A stretch of DNA of 64,000 nucleotides, from contig NC_088791.1 of the NCBI RefSeq assembly GCF_011386835.1, forward strand, positions 206,274,001 to 206,338,000, in the 5' to 3' direction. This stretch comes from Chrysemys picta bellii. Its lineage: Eukaryota. Every line of letters starts with the position of its first letter. The stretch's first letter is position 1. The translations under genes and the position numbers were made by a program. Under the pieces are notes generated by a model that made no database searches, was not told where the DNA came from, and worked only from the letters and a program-made list of their open reading frames with translations. Below, piece by piece: positions 48,999 to 62,820 of the stretch.

Positions 48999-49000
<2 letters not shown>

Positions 49001-51782
49001 ATTATGTTCACTGATGCAACAGTAAATGTAAGGATGATAACTGACAAGAGGCAATAAAGTGATGGCACTAGTATTATCCAGTTACCCTCTTCTGATATAT
49101 TGTGTACCTGATCCTCCAAACATTTTATAATTTAATAAAAATTAAGACAAAGAACAGATCAATGGTGACCAATAATTCACATCTGTCTTTTTCATTGAAA
49201 GCTTTGGACCTTTTAAATTAATATTATCATACCACCTAGTAGTCCAAGTTATGGAACAGGACTCCATTGTGCTAGGCATGTGCAAACAGACAGTCTGTGC
49301 CAGCTGCAATCAATAGGAGTTTTGCCATTGACTTCAGTAGAGTCAGGATTTCAGCCTTTGTGTTTACATTTTTTAGTAGACCTAAGATGCAATAAATAAT
49401 ATACCTCTCACTATTTAGATTGTGATTTTTTCCAAAGACACCTATGGGAGTTAATCACTCAACTCAGATTGACTTTTCAGCTCTCAAGATATTTATCAAT
49501 AATTCTAGAACCCAACTTTTTCCAGGGGTAGTATCGCTGCAGGTGCCGAGCAGCGGGATTACCTGTTGATTTCAGTAGGAACTGTGGAAACTTAGCTCCT
49601 CTGAAAATTAGGCCACTTAATTAGGAGCTTAGCTTTGGGTACCCAAGTTTGAAAGATGTGCATATGTGCTCTCTCACTTTCTTCAAGACTACACAGTGAA
49701 TTGTTAATAGGGATGGGATTAGAAGTTAAGTTGCTGCTCCCAAATACAACTAGTTGAAATACCAGTTAATTTTTTAACTACATTTTTTAGAAATGTTAAA
49801 TGTTTTTTCTTTTAAATTTTCTTTTTTTTCTTCAAAATTTCATTGAAATAGTTTGAAAAATTGAAACAGCCTGACCAACCATATAACTGGTCAAAACCTG
49901 AAACAACATTGTTAAAATATTGTCAAAATGTTTCTCAAGGTTTTTTTGGTTGAAATTTTGAAATTTCAACATAAAATTCATCAACAACAAAAATCAAATT
50001 TCAGAAAACATTGACTATATAACCAAGCCTGCGCTCAGTCCATTAGATGATACTGCACTTAGTTTCCAATGGATAAATTATCTCCTTTAATGAGCCATAG
50101 CCCTAGAAATTAGTATTGTAAATTCTTGCAGATTAGGAACTGCATTCTCAAAAGGTAATTCCGCTCTGATTCCTGAAACACTGGCTTCTATATAATATTT
50201 TAAATCTATATCAGTAACTAATATGTCAATAATATAATTAAGGCCTGATCTGCAATAAATTACTCACATGACTAAGTTTATTTGCATGAGTTTTTTTCCC
50301 CATCCTCTTTGATTTAAGTGGGACTACTCATGTGAGTAAGTGTAGGAAGATCTGCTTCAAAGTTGGCTCAGTGGCCATTAAGTTTGCCAAAAGCTTAGGA
50401 AGATGACCTGAAATTATCTAAAACATTTAAGCATATCAAAAAATCCAAATAGATTTTAAAAAGACCAACAACTTATTTTTGAAACTTCCATTTCTTAAAA
50501 TTGTGTACTTCAAAGTGCAAGCAATACTGAGAATATTAGAACAAGTACTCTGTTTTACTGCATTTAATTTTGACTTCATGGTTTCTTTTTCTTAAAACAT
50601 TTTGAACATATCAGCTTGAATAATTCAACTCAGGATCAGCTCCTTGTATATTACCACAGCACCGAGATATATTCTATAGTGAAAACAACTACAAGCTTAT
50701 GCTCAAAGGTTCTAGATTCAAGGATAATGGAAACAAAAGGGTTACATATAATACAAAATTATAACACAATTTCTAGAGATTAAATATAACATACTAACCT
50801 TTGGTATAAAGAACGTTATCTCGCCCCAAATGTCCTTTGCAGTGTTTCAGCCAAGCATGGTTGAGATCTCATTTTCATGAATGTAATTTCAATGCCCTAT
50901 TACTTCTTAGGTGCAGGATAAAGGGATGGCTTTCTTGCCTTCTCCTTATATTCTCTAAAGTTCATTGCTTGTACCTCAGTCAGGTTGAGTCCCCTGTAGT
51001 TTAGTAGCCAGTGTTCATCCTCCCTGTTGGTTTCACATCCCCCCCACGAAGATTTTATATGTAAATGAGGCTTCCATTGTGTTAGTTTACAATGTTTAAT
51101 TTATGTGTGGACCAAGAGGGACAGGTGAAAAAACATCCTTTATCTGGCGGAAACCTGTTTGCCAACTCTGCCTTGATACAGACATTAGGAACATAGTTTT
51201 AGTGTACATATGTAACTCCTTGAATAGTATTTGTGCATACATTTCACAACACTATTAATGACCAATCTGACCCTGACTTTCATTTAAGACCTCACCATAT
51301 GATATTCATTGATGAACCAGAATGTACATACCAAGAGCAGGATATTCTTGAAAACTTCTTGTCATTTGGCTTTGAGAGGTTTCTAGGTCACATCAACTTA
51401 GGTAATAATCAATACTCACTAACACAGTTTCAATTTTGCTTATGGAGTATCAAATCCTCAAAATGAGTTGTTTAATCAAGTCACAGAATACGATGTTTAC
51501 AAAACAATTGCTAAGTACTTGCAAATAACAAGTACATTCTAGAAAATCTACTCATGAAACTTCTGCAAGGAGAAAAAGGGAGGGAGCAAAATATTCCCTC
51601 AGCTTTAGTATTTATATAGCACCTACCAAAATTTCCGCTGTACTTTCACTTGTATATTTTATTCACTCACTCCCTATCCTGTACAGGGCCAAACTGTGCA
51701 TTCTGGTTTTCATACACAGGCTTCCTATTGACATCACTGAGAACTTTGTGCAAGAGTCCTGAGGCAGAATTTGTGACACTTA

Positions 51783-52026
51783 GGGCTTGTCTACATTACC
51801 CGCTGGATCAACGGGACCGCCAAGTGCTCTCCCGTTGACTCCGGTACTCCACCAGGGCAAGAGGCACAGGTGGAGTTGACAAGAGAGCATCAGCCATCGA
51901 CTTACCACAGTGAAAACACCGCGGTAAGCAGATCTAAGTACATCGACTTCAGCTACATTATTCACGTAGCTAAAGTTACGTAACTTAGATCGATTTCCCC
52001 TCAACCCCCCCAGTGTAGACCAGGCC
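51783..52026. mobile_element. Harbinger-type MITE
   Basis: GGGCTTGTCTACATT / AGTGTAGACCAGGCC; TTA/TTA TSD. Confidence 0.85.
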
Positions 52027-55000
52027 TTAGTAAAGATAATTGGGATCATTCAGCATGAAAAGAGCTACAATTGGTTGTTGTTACTACTATTGCATTCTAC
52101 TCCAAGGTACAAACAAGCAACTTAGAAAAGGATTAACATTTTGAGTAAACTCTAAAATATTTTTGTATTTTACACAGTTGATTTCAATTCAAACATTCAA
52201 GCTGTGTTCTTGTAAAGAATGGCATGTTGTACAGTTGATATGGTTTTTAATTTGTTTACCAACTTAAGCAATTCATTATTCTCTGAGGACAATAATGGGA
52301 GGCTAATGAACTGCATTTAGGAAGCTCCTTGTTAACTCTAATCCTGTTTTAGTTTCCTATAATATCATGTAGCATATCCAGCAGCACATGAGAGCTGCTC
52401 ACACTTTCATATTCTCTTTCTTTTTCTTTTAGTATAAAAAGTCTCCCTGCTGCTTATTCTGTGTTTTCACTCAAAATGGTGGATGGGGGTCAACCACCAT
52501 ATGCAATAGTGTGAATGCAACTAAAAGCTGAGCAAAAATGTTAAATGCGGTGGAGTATTACAGAAAAGAAATGAGAGAACTCAGAGGCCATTCATTTAGA
52601 GCTTTCTGGATTATTAGGCCTCTAATGAATTCAATATTTACAAAAACTTTCATTTTTTATGGCCATTTCTATAGAAGGAGAGGAAGATTTCTTGACAATT
52701 ATTTTAAACAGTTATAAAATTTGCAAAACTTCCAAATATGTTAGGGCCAGATTCTTATATCTGTGATCTCTTTAAATAGCATCTTACAGCTTCAAAGTCA
52801 ATGGGATTTCTCATGGAGTAAGATCCTATTCAACATGACATGAGTAAGGGTGGCAGAATTGGTCCCTTAATTTTCTACATATTCTGGAAAATCAAAAACG
52901 TCTCCACTCTCCGCAAATACTGTAATATCTATGGAATAGGTTTTTATATTGTTCTCATCACCATGTCGTTATGAGAGCTGCAGACTCTGATCACTGTTTC
53001 CTTGATAATGGAGTGTAGTTTATTATTTGAATGTTCTGATTCTAACTCTTTGTGCTTCCGCCCACTCAGTTATCAGGGCTAACTATACATACAAGGAGAA
53101 TGGAGAAACATGAACGGCATCTACTGCTGCAAGTGGAGGATGTGCAAAACGTTTAGAGCCCAACCCAGCAAGACTTATATTTTCCTCTCTTCCTATGATT
53201 GCATGGAAACCTCTTTTGGGGTGTTGGAATCTGCCTGTGGCATAATTCTACCACCAAATCTTAGTAATTCTTGCACTGTTTCCCATTAGGTTCTCTGTCT
53301 GGCGTAATGTTAACTTACCCATCTCCCTTCTCCATACTGTTGAACTTCCCTCCCCCACACTATATCCTCCTAATTCTCTTTCTTTTGGGGTGGGACTTCA
53401 GGTTCAGTGGGACACCTTAGTCTGCCTAGCTGTGAGCTGGTGCACAGCTCTGGAGATTTCCTGGCTTCCACTATTTTGTTTTATTTTGTTTGGAAACCAA
53501 ACCTTCTGGTGTAGTGAGGGGGAGAGGGAAGAAACAGCACATCCCCTCCTTGATGGGAAACTCTACATGGACTCGTGTCGCCCATAGGGAGCAAGTAGGC
53601 CTGAAGTAACCACAACAGTTTGCATCAGTGATCAGAGGAAATTGCTGAAAACTGACAAAACCCTTCATAATCCTATTACTGTATCAGTCTTAAAACTTGG
53701 ACGTAAAGGAAAGAAGAGGAGCCAGGCTGGCATTAATAACATTCAGGGCCCCAAGACCTCTGGCTGGGCATTTGGAAATCATAGTGGTAGACATGTGATG
53801 AAAGTAAATCCTTGAACTTTATGGGCATTATGAAAACATGCATTAGCAAATTGCCTTTATGTGCATATGAAGAAGAGGATAAGCCCTGATTTCTCCCCCC
53901 AGGGTGGAATTGGATAATAACTTGCTGATGCTGTACTGAAGGATTGTTTAGCCTAGCTTGCTAGCTGGATGGGCATCTAAAAGTGCAAGCCCCAAGTAAT
54001 CATGTGTATTGGTGGTGTTTTAAGATAAGTGTAGGGTCACTGTAGCAAAAAGTCAGGAATAAGAGCATCTTGAGGTGGATGGCATGGCATCACTGTGTAA
54101 TGGTAACCTAAGAAAACTTGTGTGACTACTGAATAATACTCCCAAGTGTCCCTTTTTCCTCCCACTTATGTTCTAGACCTCAGTCCTGAAAATACTTCAG
54201 CACATGCTTATCAATATGAACATGAGCAGCCTCACTGATTTCAATGCTAAAGTTAAGCATGTCACATTTAAGTATTTGCAGGGTCAAGGCTTTCGTGATG
54301 ACAAGCTTTTGATGCATGTTTAAATGAGTAACCCTCTACAACATTTAGTCAGCAGGTACATGCAGGCTAATTTTCTGCCTTTGTAAGAAAAGCATTAGCC
54401 ATGACAAGCTGAAAACCCATCTTGATATAATTTCACTTAGGCAACATTTAGAAATAATGCATCCCTTGCAATCTGCTAGTGCTGACTGCCTGAGAAAATC
54501 CACAGAGAAACCAGGGACTCTCTTAAACATCAAGGACTCCATTATTCAGTCTTCCTCCTATTGCAATGAATTTAGTGAGAAACACTGAATCTTTGCAGAA
54601 ATGAAGTGAGGGAAAACTAGTTAGTACCCATCATTGTTAGATTTCAGCCAAAACTATTTGCCTCAAAAATCTTCATTTGGGCAGCCTGATTCGATTGATT
54701 ATTCTGGAATCAAAATTACAGTGAGAAGACAGATTGGGGCTCAGTCAAGAGAGGAAAGTGAGCCATTGCCCTAGCTCCCACACTGAGCCTCATAGAGAGT
54801 AAGATTGTTAATCCATTCAACACTTGCGTGTGTGGACAACTCTTTCTGTTACACCAATGGTGAGTTATCCATGCTAAGCCTCTGCAGCTAGTTATTCTAA
54901 AAGCAAAAGGACTTTGCTAGACTTGCATAGAGGTAGATAGGCACCACTGGGTTACCTTCACAGTGCACCCCACTTGTTTAGAGTGTGCTGGGCAGGAGAT

Positions 55001-55234
55001 CCATTAGAGAGAAATCCTACAGTACACTTAAGAAACATGCTTATATTTGTAGATAAGTTCATCAAGATGAAGACCATGGATTGCATTGATACTAACAGTA
55101 TGTTTATGCTGGAGGTGGAGGTGTGATTTCCAGCTTGTGTAGACTTACCTGCACTAGATTTGACTGAGTTAGCAAGCTAAACATAGAAGCATAGCTGTGG
55201 AGGCATGTGTTGTGGGACACGCTAGGTGTCCCTG

Positions 55235-55355
55235 CAGGGCCGGCTCCAGGCACCAGCTTGGCAAACAGGTGCTTGAGGAGGCCACCCCAGATCGTGATCG
55301 CGGCTTTTTTTTTTTTTGGCTGCTTGGGGCGGCCAAAACCCTGGAGCCGGCCCTG
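55235..55355. mobile_element. 121-bp hAT MITE nested in a Harbinger-type MITE (~55096-55494)
   Basis: 13-bp TIR CAGGGCCGGCTCC; perfect 8-bp TSD TGTCCCTG; host ends AGTGTAGACATACTC-TTA. Confidence 0.92.
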
Positions 55356-57113
55356 TGTCCCTGTACAATGCTGTCTGAAATCCTAAATACAGACTTGGGG
55401 CAGCTATTTTAGTGTGCTAGATTAATCAAAGTCATTACACCTACATCTACTCAAACTGGAAATTACACCTCCAGCTCCAGTGTAGACATACTCTTAGGCG
55501 CCTTTGTATCACTTGGACAGTGTAAATGGGCCGGAGAGGGGGAGGGGGAGAATGAAGGGGGCAGGAAGGTAACCCACTTGGGGCCTCTTTACTCTGCCAG
55601 AATGGTATAAAGAGGCCATAGTGTCAATGAGTCTCAATCCTGAAATCTTTAGCTTCCTACCTGGAGTCAGTCATAAAAGAATTCCAATCTGATTTCTGCT
55701 TACCTGATGTGAACACAGCTAATGCCTCTGCTCCCAACAAGGGACAGCTATCCCATAAATCAATCTCTCGTGATATGCCATCGTCCAGAACACTGTTTGT
55801 AATCTGGCATCCGTGTCAGGCTGCAGCCCTCTGTGAAGCAGGCTCCGTGCTTCACTGCCTTGAGTAATGGCTGTGAGGGAAGTCAAGAACTGAGCCTGTA
55901 AAAGGATCAGAACTGCAGCTCTCTGTGTACTTTTAGTATTAATATCTGTCTCAAATCAGTGGTAATCCCCATTGGAATAGGGCTAATTTTCTTTCATTGC
56001 TTTTGGAGAAAACACTGGTTAAAAAGCTCGATGATTTCAGGGTCAAATGTAACCTTAGGCGACACTATGTATTTTCCCCTTGCGCTATAAAGAAAGGTCA
56101 ATGCCTAATGTATCATGAACATGATCATAATATATCATATTCTATAAGGAATTGCAATCTGCTTTTAGAACTGCTTAAGGGGACTACCAAATATTAACCC
56201 TGGCTTTCTGTAATTTCTCTCAGATTTTATCATCTGTTTTGTGCATTGACCTTTTAAATATGTAGTTTTCCAGCCAGTATGAGAAGCTTGCTGACAGGAC
56301 AAGGACATCCTACCAAATCTGAATACTCAGGGATTGTTTTCTGTTGTGTTTTTGCTCAGCTGCTGTCCATATCTATTTAATTGGCATCAACTGGTGGTAG
56401 CTTGGATGCAGAGCAAAGCAGGATAGATCTAGTGAGTAATGATTCTGACACAATGAAAATGTTTTTTGTTTGCCTTGGGTAGGTATAAAACTCTTCAAGT
56501 TTCACTTCACCCCCTCTCCTTTGCTAGAGGGGAAGGCTTTGGGAGTGTACAGAGCAGGCAGGGCAGCATGAGCCGTGGAGCTCAGGGTTTGAGAGAACTC
56601 TGCTTTCACCTCCATGGACTTCTGTGCTGTTCTCCAGCTCCAGTGCCTACACAACTTCACCTTGGCAGAATTACTCCTTCAGAAGCGTTGGTGGCACACT
56701 AGTAGCTGTGGAGGTGACCCAGTAGAAGCCAATGCTTCTTGAATCATCATTATTGATACCTATTTCAGGTTTCCAGGAGGTTCTGTGGAGACTAAACACA
56801 ACCATGCTCATGTGGAGGGGTTTGATACAGATTCAGTGCTCACACCCTTCCATAGCCCATGGCCTCTCTTGCCAGATTCAGGTCCCCTCAGTTAGTGGAA
56901 GTGTTGTGGGGCATAGGGACCTACATAGGTATAAGAATCACTTCACTAAATATCATTCACATGTATATGATGGAAGTTGGCAGCCAAATGGACAAGGGGT
57001 GCAGAGCATCAGACATTGGTTTGGCAAGTGAGATTTTTTTTGCCAAACACTCTTGTGCAGTGGATCTTGTGTGGTTCCATGGCATATAGCAGGGCAGGAT
57101 TTGGAGAACGTAT

Positions 57114-57549
57114 TGTCAGGAATCAGGGCCTGCAGCAGAACTAGTCTCCAGACAACCTAATAAGCACTGCTGGCCTACACCATCTGACTGGCTGGAAGGG
57201 TCAGCAGGCTGGATCTTAAAACCAAAGCAGCAGCTTGCTGGCTGCTCAGTGCTCAGGCCCACCACAGTGACTATTCATGTGTTGCCTTGTTCCTGCTGCC
57301 TCTGCCTTGCACCAGTCATGTCTCAGCCCGGTCCCTGCCTGGCAGCTCAACTGTTACCCTGCTTGCTCCAGGTGATTCCAGCTTTGACCCTTGGCTCTCG
57401 TATCCAATTTCTGATCTCCAGCTTGACTCTTGACTCTGGCTTCTGACTACTGCCTCCAGCTCTGACCCTAGCTCATGGGTTTCTGACACTCAATTCCCAA
57501 TGGCTGAACTCCCACTAGGCTAGGCCACCCACATCTGGGTCACCTGACA
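57114..57549 (+). mobile_element. Probable solo Gypsy-type LTR
   Basis: 7-bp inverted termini TGTCAGG/CCTGACA; pyrimidine-rich CTGAC repeats; TSD not recognisable. Confidence 0.55.
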
Positions 57550-58017
57550 GCTGTGAGGCTGTATGCTCTTAGGTCATGATTTTGTAATAGACATCAGGGT
57601 TTGTGGAGCAAGGGTGGCGTAGAGAAGAGTGGGAGTGGGAGCAAGGCCAATAGATCCCATCTGCTTTACTCCTCAATTTGGGGCATGGGGCATGCTGGAA
57701 GTAGGGATGCTGGGGGTGTGGCAGTACCCCCAGCTTGAAGTGGTTTCCTTCCTATACAGGGTTTACAGTTTTGTTCAGTGACTCTCAGCACTCCCCTATC
57801 CAAATTGTTCCAAAGCCACTGACTTGGGGTTGGAATTACAGTATGCTGTGGCCCCAGGGCCCAGGCAGAGGATTTCTTTCCCTCTCTCTTAACCTGTTCC
57901 CCAATAGACTCTCAAATACACAAGGATGTGAACTTGGAACAGAAGGGACCTTTCTTTTTGTGCATATTGCAAGCTACATGGAACTCTATCAACTTTGGAT
58001 GAGTGAAGGGTTGCACA

Positions 58018-58680
58018 TATTCATAGATTCCAAGGCCAGAAGGAGCCATTGTGATAATATAGTCTGACCTCCTGCGTAACACGAACCATATAACTTTCCC
58101 AAAATAATTCCTAGAGCATATTGTTTAAAAAAAATCCAATCTTGATGTAAAAATTGTCATTGATGGAGAATCCACCACAATCATTGGTAAATTGTCCCAC
58201 TGGTTAATTACCCTCGCTGTTTAAAATTTACGTCTTATTTCCCATCAAATTTTGTCTAGCTTCAACTTCCAGCCATTGGATTATATAACACCTTGCTCTG
58301 CTAGACTGAAGAGCCAATTATGAAATATTTGTTCCTCACATAGGTACTTATAGACTATAATCAAATCACCCCTTACCCTTCCCTTTATTAATATAAATAG
58401 ATTGAGCTCTTTGAGTCTAGCATTATAAGGCATGTTTTCTAGTCCTTTAATCATTCTTGTGGCTCTTCTCTGAACCCTCTCCAATTTATTAACATCCTTC
58501 TTGAATTTTGGGCACCAGAACTGGACACTGGCAAGCATTGGTTTCACCAGTGCCAATTAGAGAAGTAAAATAACCTCTCTACTTCTACTTAAGATTCCCT
58601 TGTTTCTGCATCCCAGACTGTATTCTATCTTTTATACACACCACCATGACTTCCAAATCTTTTTTAGAGTCAAAATCATC
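58018..58680 (-). mobile_element. CR1 3' fragment
   Basis: Minus [34 protein letters not shown]. Confidence 0.9.
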
Positions 58681-61639
58681 ACATCATCCCGGTGTGGGTT
58701 TAAATGTGTGGTTTCAAGAAGTCTAGGTATGTCAAACCTGAAACCAAGAGCCATATCCTGTAGCTGTATTCCCTGACTGGCCAATAAATGTGACAGGAAC
58801 ATGCTGCTGTGGAGCTAGAAGATTCTTTCTTAGAGACAGAGGGATGCTTTGAAATGCAGGCTAGGGGAGGTCAGGTGGTCACCAAGATGATGTCCTCTCA
58901 TGCTAAGAAGAAACTAACATGGTATTGTAATTCCACAGGGACAGACATGGGAAGGAAGGTATCTGCTTGTCCAATGTATAATGAAGCCTTGCTAACAAAC
59001 AGATACATGCAAAAATGCCATACAGGTAGTTAACTGAGAAGCCTGTTGCTCATGCAAATACAAAGTTAGGCTGCTTGCAGTTTGTGTATTGCTATCTATG
59101 GTAGTCCATGAAACAACACAGAGCTTGTCTGCCAAAGAAGAAGCACATCTATTTCTCCCCGTTTCATTTTCTTTAGACGATTATTCAAGAAAGGAAGATA
59201 TGCTTACTAATACTACAATAGACAGAGCAGGGAGAAGTTGCTTTTAATGTCAACATTGGTGTGTCTTTACTGTCAGAAGAAGCACTCTAGGCCATGTGAT
59301 AATTCCCAACCATGCAATTTAGGCTTCTTACTAGGATTGAGGTAAGGTGTCCTTGAACTCCTAATGATTTTCACTGAGCTGCTATTTTACAAATGAGTTT
59401 CTTAAACTATATCTTCTCTACTTTTTGCCACCCCCACTTGTTAGAGTTATGTATACAAAGTGCAATTACCACTCACGAAGCATGGCTGAAGGCGTTTGAA
59501 TTCACTCAGTTCCTCTCATGGCTTGTGCGAAGTAGGATGCTCTTGCTGTATAGCCTATATCCAAACATCCATTATAATATCATCTTGCTCCCATTTTATC
59601 AACATTTTTCATAAGGATTCTCTCTTTGTGCAAGAAACTACATAGACCCTCGAGCCATTTACTCACTGTGACTAAATTGATTAAACGTATTAGTCATGGG
59701 ACTTTGATTCTGGTGATAAATAAGAAAAGATCACATCCAGCAGTAGCAACAAGCTGTCATGTTTGAGATTAATTGTGATTTGAGGAAATTATCTTTTTTT
59801 GTTTTGTTCTTTTACATTGATTCCAATGTGGCTGCTTGTGTTTCCCGGGCTTGCTTCCATCTTGCAATAGATCCTTCCTACTAGTCCCTATTCTCTCATT
59901 AATTTTCTGGAAATAATTTTATTTGGCATCTCTCTAAAACACAAAGATGACTGAATGAGGAATTGTCCCCACGGGCATATCCTCTAAATACTGTAAATAA
60001 TTGCCATTGCCCTTCATTGCTTTTCACTTTTTCCTCCCTGTGCGTGGACGGAGTGAGATCTCAGATAAGTCAAGTGTCTCACATTTTAAAAGCCCATTTT
60101 AAACCAATTACTGGTTCATAGCATTGACATGAAGCCGACTAGCTTTTCTTTTTCATAGGGTGTGGATGCAGTATTCATTCAGTTTGGTCACAAAAGACAA
60201 CTTGCTTGATTTTATTCAGGTTATTTTCTTTTCTAGCAGTGCTGAGGAAAAGGTAATTAGTTAGTATGGATTCTTTTTCATTTTAATATGGTGTTAATGC
60301 CTCTCACATTGGAAATAATAACCCTGTATGTTTTATTTTTTAGCATTGAACACCCTGCTTTAAAAAGGTCTCTGGGGACCCACAAAATTTGCATATTAAA
60401 GCAGGCTGGTGTTTATACCAGGTTTCAATAAGTCTGCAGCTAATACTCTATACTTTCAATTATAGTGAAGGTGCCCTGTATCCACAATGCGTTCATGTTT
60501 CATTCCTATTCAGGTTGAAAATGAATGCTTATTGTCTTGTCGTTCAGTATGAACTTGAGTGGAAATGAGACTTTGCTTCAATGATGTTTCCTTGCAAAAT
60601 GCTGGACATAAATAAAAGCAAAGGTATAATGGGTCTGTTTTCATTCTTTCAACAATTTAACCTGAAGTAGTTATACAGTTATTTTTTATTTAGTTGGGGT
60701 TATAAAATATTTATACAGAAATATTCACTGAAAAGCAACATTTCATTCAAAGGGCGGTTGGCAGTAAGGGGTAAGTTACACATTAAAAATATATTAGAGC
60801 ACAATACTCACTATACAAATACTAAGGAAAAAACCCACCTCCTACTTAGCACATAATTTTCCAAAACCACACATCTGCAACAAGCTCTAGTGGAGCATAC
60901 AGTAAGTGAAATTTGTTATTTTTGTACAACTGTTTATCTGCAAAATGTCATTTCCCACCGGTAGGAGTGGTAAGCTGCTAATTCACTTGCATCCTCAATG
61001 ACAAACATAACCTTCCACGCGTTTTTTCCTTTGATTTTTTTTTTTACCCCTCCAATTGGAATCGGTCTTTTTGTGTGACTCATACCATTATTATTTATTT
61101 ATATTACTGTGTTGCCAGGAAACCTTAACAAAAGATCAGAGTCCCTGGTGCTGGGCACCGTACAGACAAGCATTAAAAAGATAGTCTGTGACCAAAAAAA
61201 AAAAAAAAATTGACAGTACACAGTCCTGATCCTGCAAAGATTTACCCACATGCTTAACTTTAAAGCATGTGAGTCATCCTGCAAAGATTTATGTACAGGC
61301 TTAACTCTCAGTATGTGAGTAGTCCCACAGTTGGGCCACTCAGATGCTTAAAAGTAAACATGTCCCTGTGTATTGTGATGTGACAGCTGAACAAAACAGA
61401 TAAAAGGGGTAGGGAGGATGAGATAAGAAAGGAGGAGATAAAAGGGGTAGTGAGGAGAAGACCAGGAAAGCTCCCTGCTTACCTAGACTGTTGTTCCATG
61501 TCCTCCATGAAATGCCCATTTTATTCTGGGTCCAAATCAACATTATGGTCTTAATTTTGCAGGCTTTTAATAGAATAGCTGGCTGAGCCACCAAGTCAGC
61601 TATGTTCTTCCAAAGGCCAAGTACTACACTTAGGAAGAA

Positions 61640-62177
61640 AAAAGCAACTGCACCAATACAAAATGGCGAATAACTGACTTGTTGGTAGTACTACTGAAGA
61701 GGATCTGGGGGTAAAAGTGGATCACAAGTTGAATAGGAGCCACCAATGTGATGCAGTTGCAAAAAAAGCTAATAGCGTTCGATGGTGTATTAACAGGATT
61801 ATCATATGTAAGACATGGACGGTAATTGTCCCGTTCTACTCAGCACTGGTGAGGCCTCAGTTGGAGTCCTGTGTCCAGTTCTGGGCACCACTTTAAGAAA
61901 GATGTGATGAAGTGGAGAAAGTCCAGAGGAGAGCAACAAAAATTATAAATGATTTTGGAAACCAGAACTATCAAGAAAGGTTAAAAAAAAACCTGGGTAT
62001 CTTTTATCTGAGAAAAGAAGACTGATGAGGAACCTTATAACAGTCTTCAACTATGATAAGGGCTGTTATGAAAAGGCTGGTGATTGATTGATTGATCTCC
62101 AGGTCTGCTGAAGATAGGACAAGAAGTAATGGGCTTAATCTGCAGCAAGGGAGATATAGGTTAGATATTAGAAAAAC
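61640..62177 (+). mobile_element. Degraded CR1 fragment
   Basis: EEDLGVKVDHKLN..QCDAVAKKAN; [16 protein letters not shown]. Confidence 0.85.
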
Positions 62178-62182
62178 AGTAG

Positions 62183-62820
62183 TGTTAGTGATACATAGCA
62201 TTCAGGCCTGTATATTTCCCTGAGATAGAATTTTGGGTTTTGTTTGCCCGTTTGACTTTTGATATTTCTTATATCCTTACTAACGTGTGAACAAAGACAC
62301 TGTGTATTGCATCTGCCCACAATGAGAAAAGATAAGGAAGAGAGTTGAAGTGTTGCTGGTTTTGGTGGGAGTTTAATATACAACTGCCTCTACTCCTATC
62401 TCAAGGCAAGGTCAAGCAACCAGTTGGGAGGGGCAGAGGGATGGCGGCGGAGGGGGGGAGGTACAAAAAATGCTAAAAGCCAAAGAAACAGTGACCCTTG
62501 CCGAAACACCACCTCACTCCCCTACCCCTCCCATGAGGTACAAAAGAGGTAATACTGAAGCCTCCAGACTCAAGACCCTCCAAAACAGAACATGACCATA
62601 AATTGTAAAGAGTGGTGCCGGGGCGTGCACTAGAGGTTTAACTGAGCCTGCTAAGAAAGAGGAGGGGGGGACAAGAAAAAGCTCTATTCATGTACAGAGC
62701 TATGGTTATGCTTGCTTGATAAACCCCAATACACATCGCGTTGCCTGCACTTCAGACTCTTGTCTTCCGTTTTTTGTCTGCATGACAAGAACCAAGGAAG
62801 GGCGAGGGGAAGTCCTAACA
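62183..62820 (+). mobile_element. Solo LTR
   Basis: TGTTAG...CTAACA termini; perfect 5-bp TSD AGTAG (62178-62182, 62821-62825). Confidence 0.88.

Noticed and set aside
60220-60252. Candidate 33-nt micro-exon (TTCAG|...AAG|GTAATT; VIFFSSSAEEK)
   Set aside because: No supportable neighbouring exons; splice-like motifs are common in AT-rich DNA. RNA-seq would be needed.
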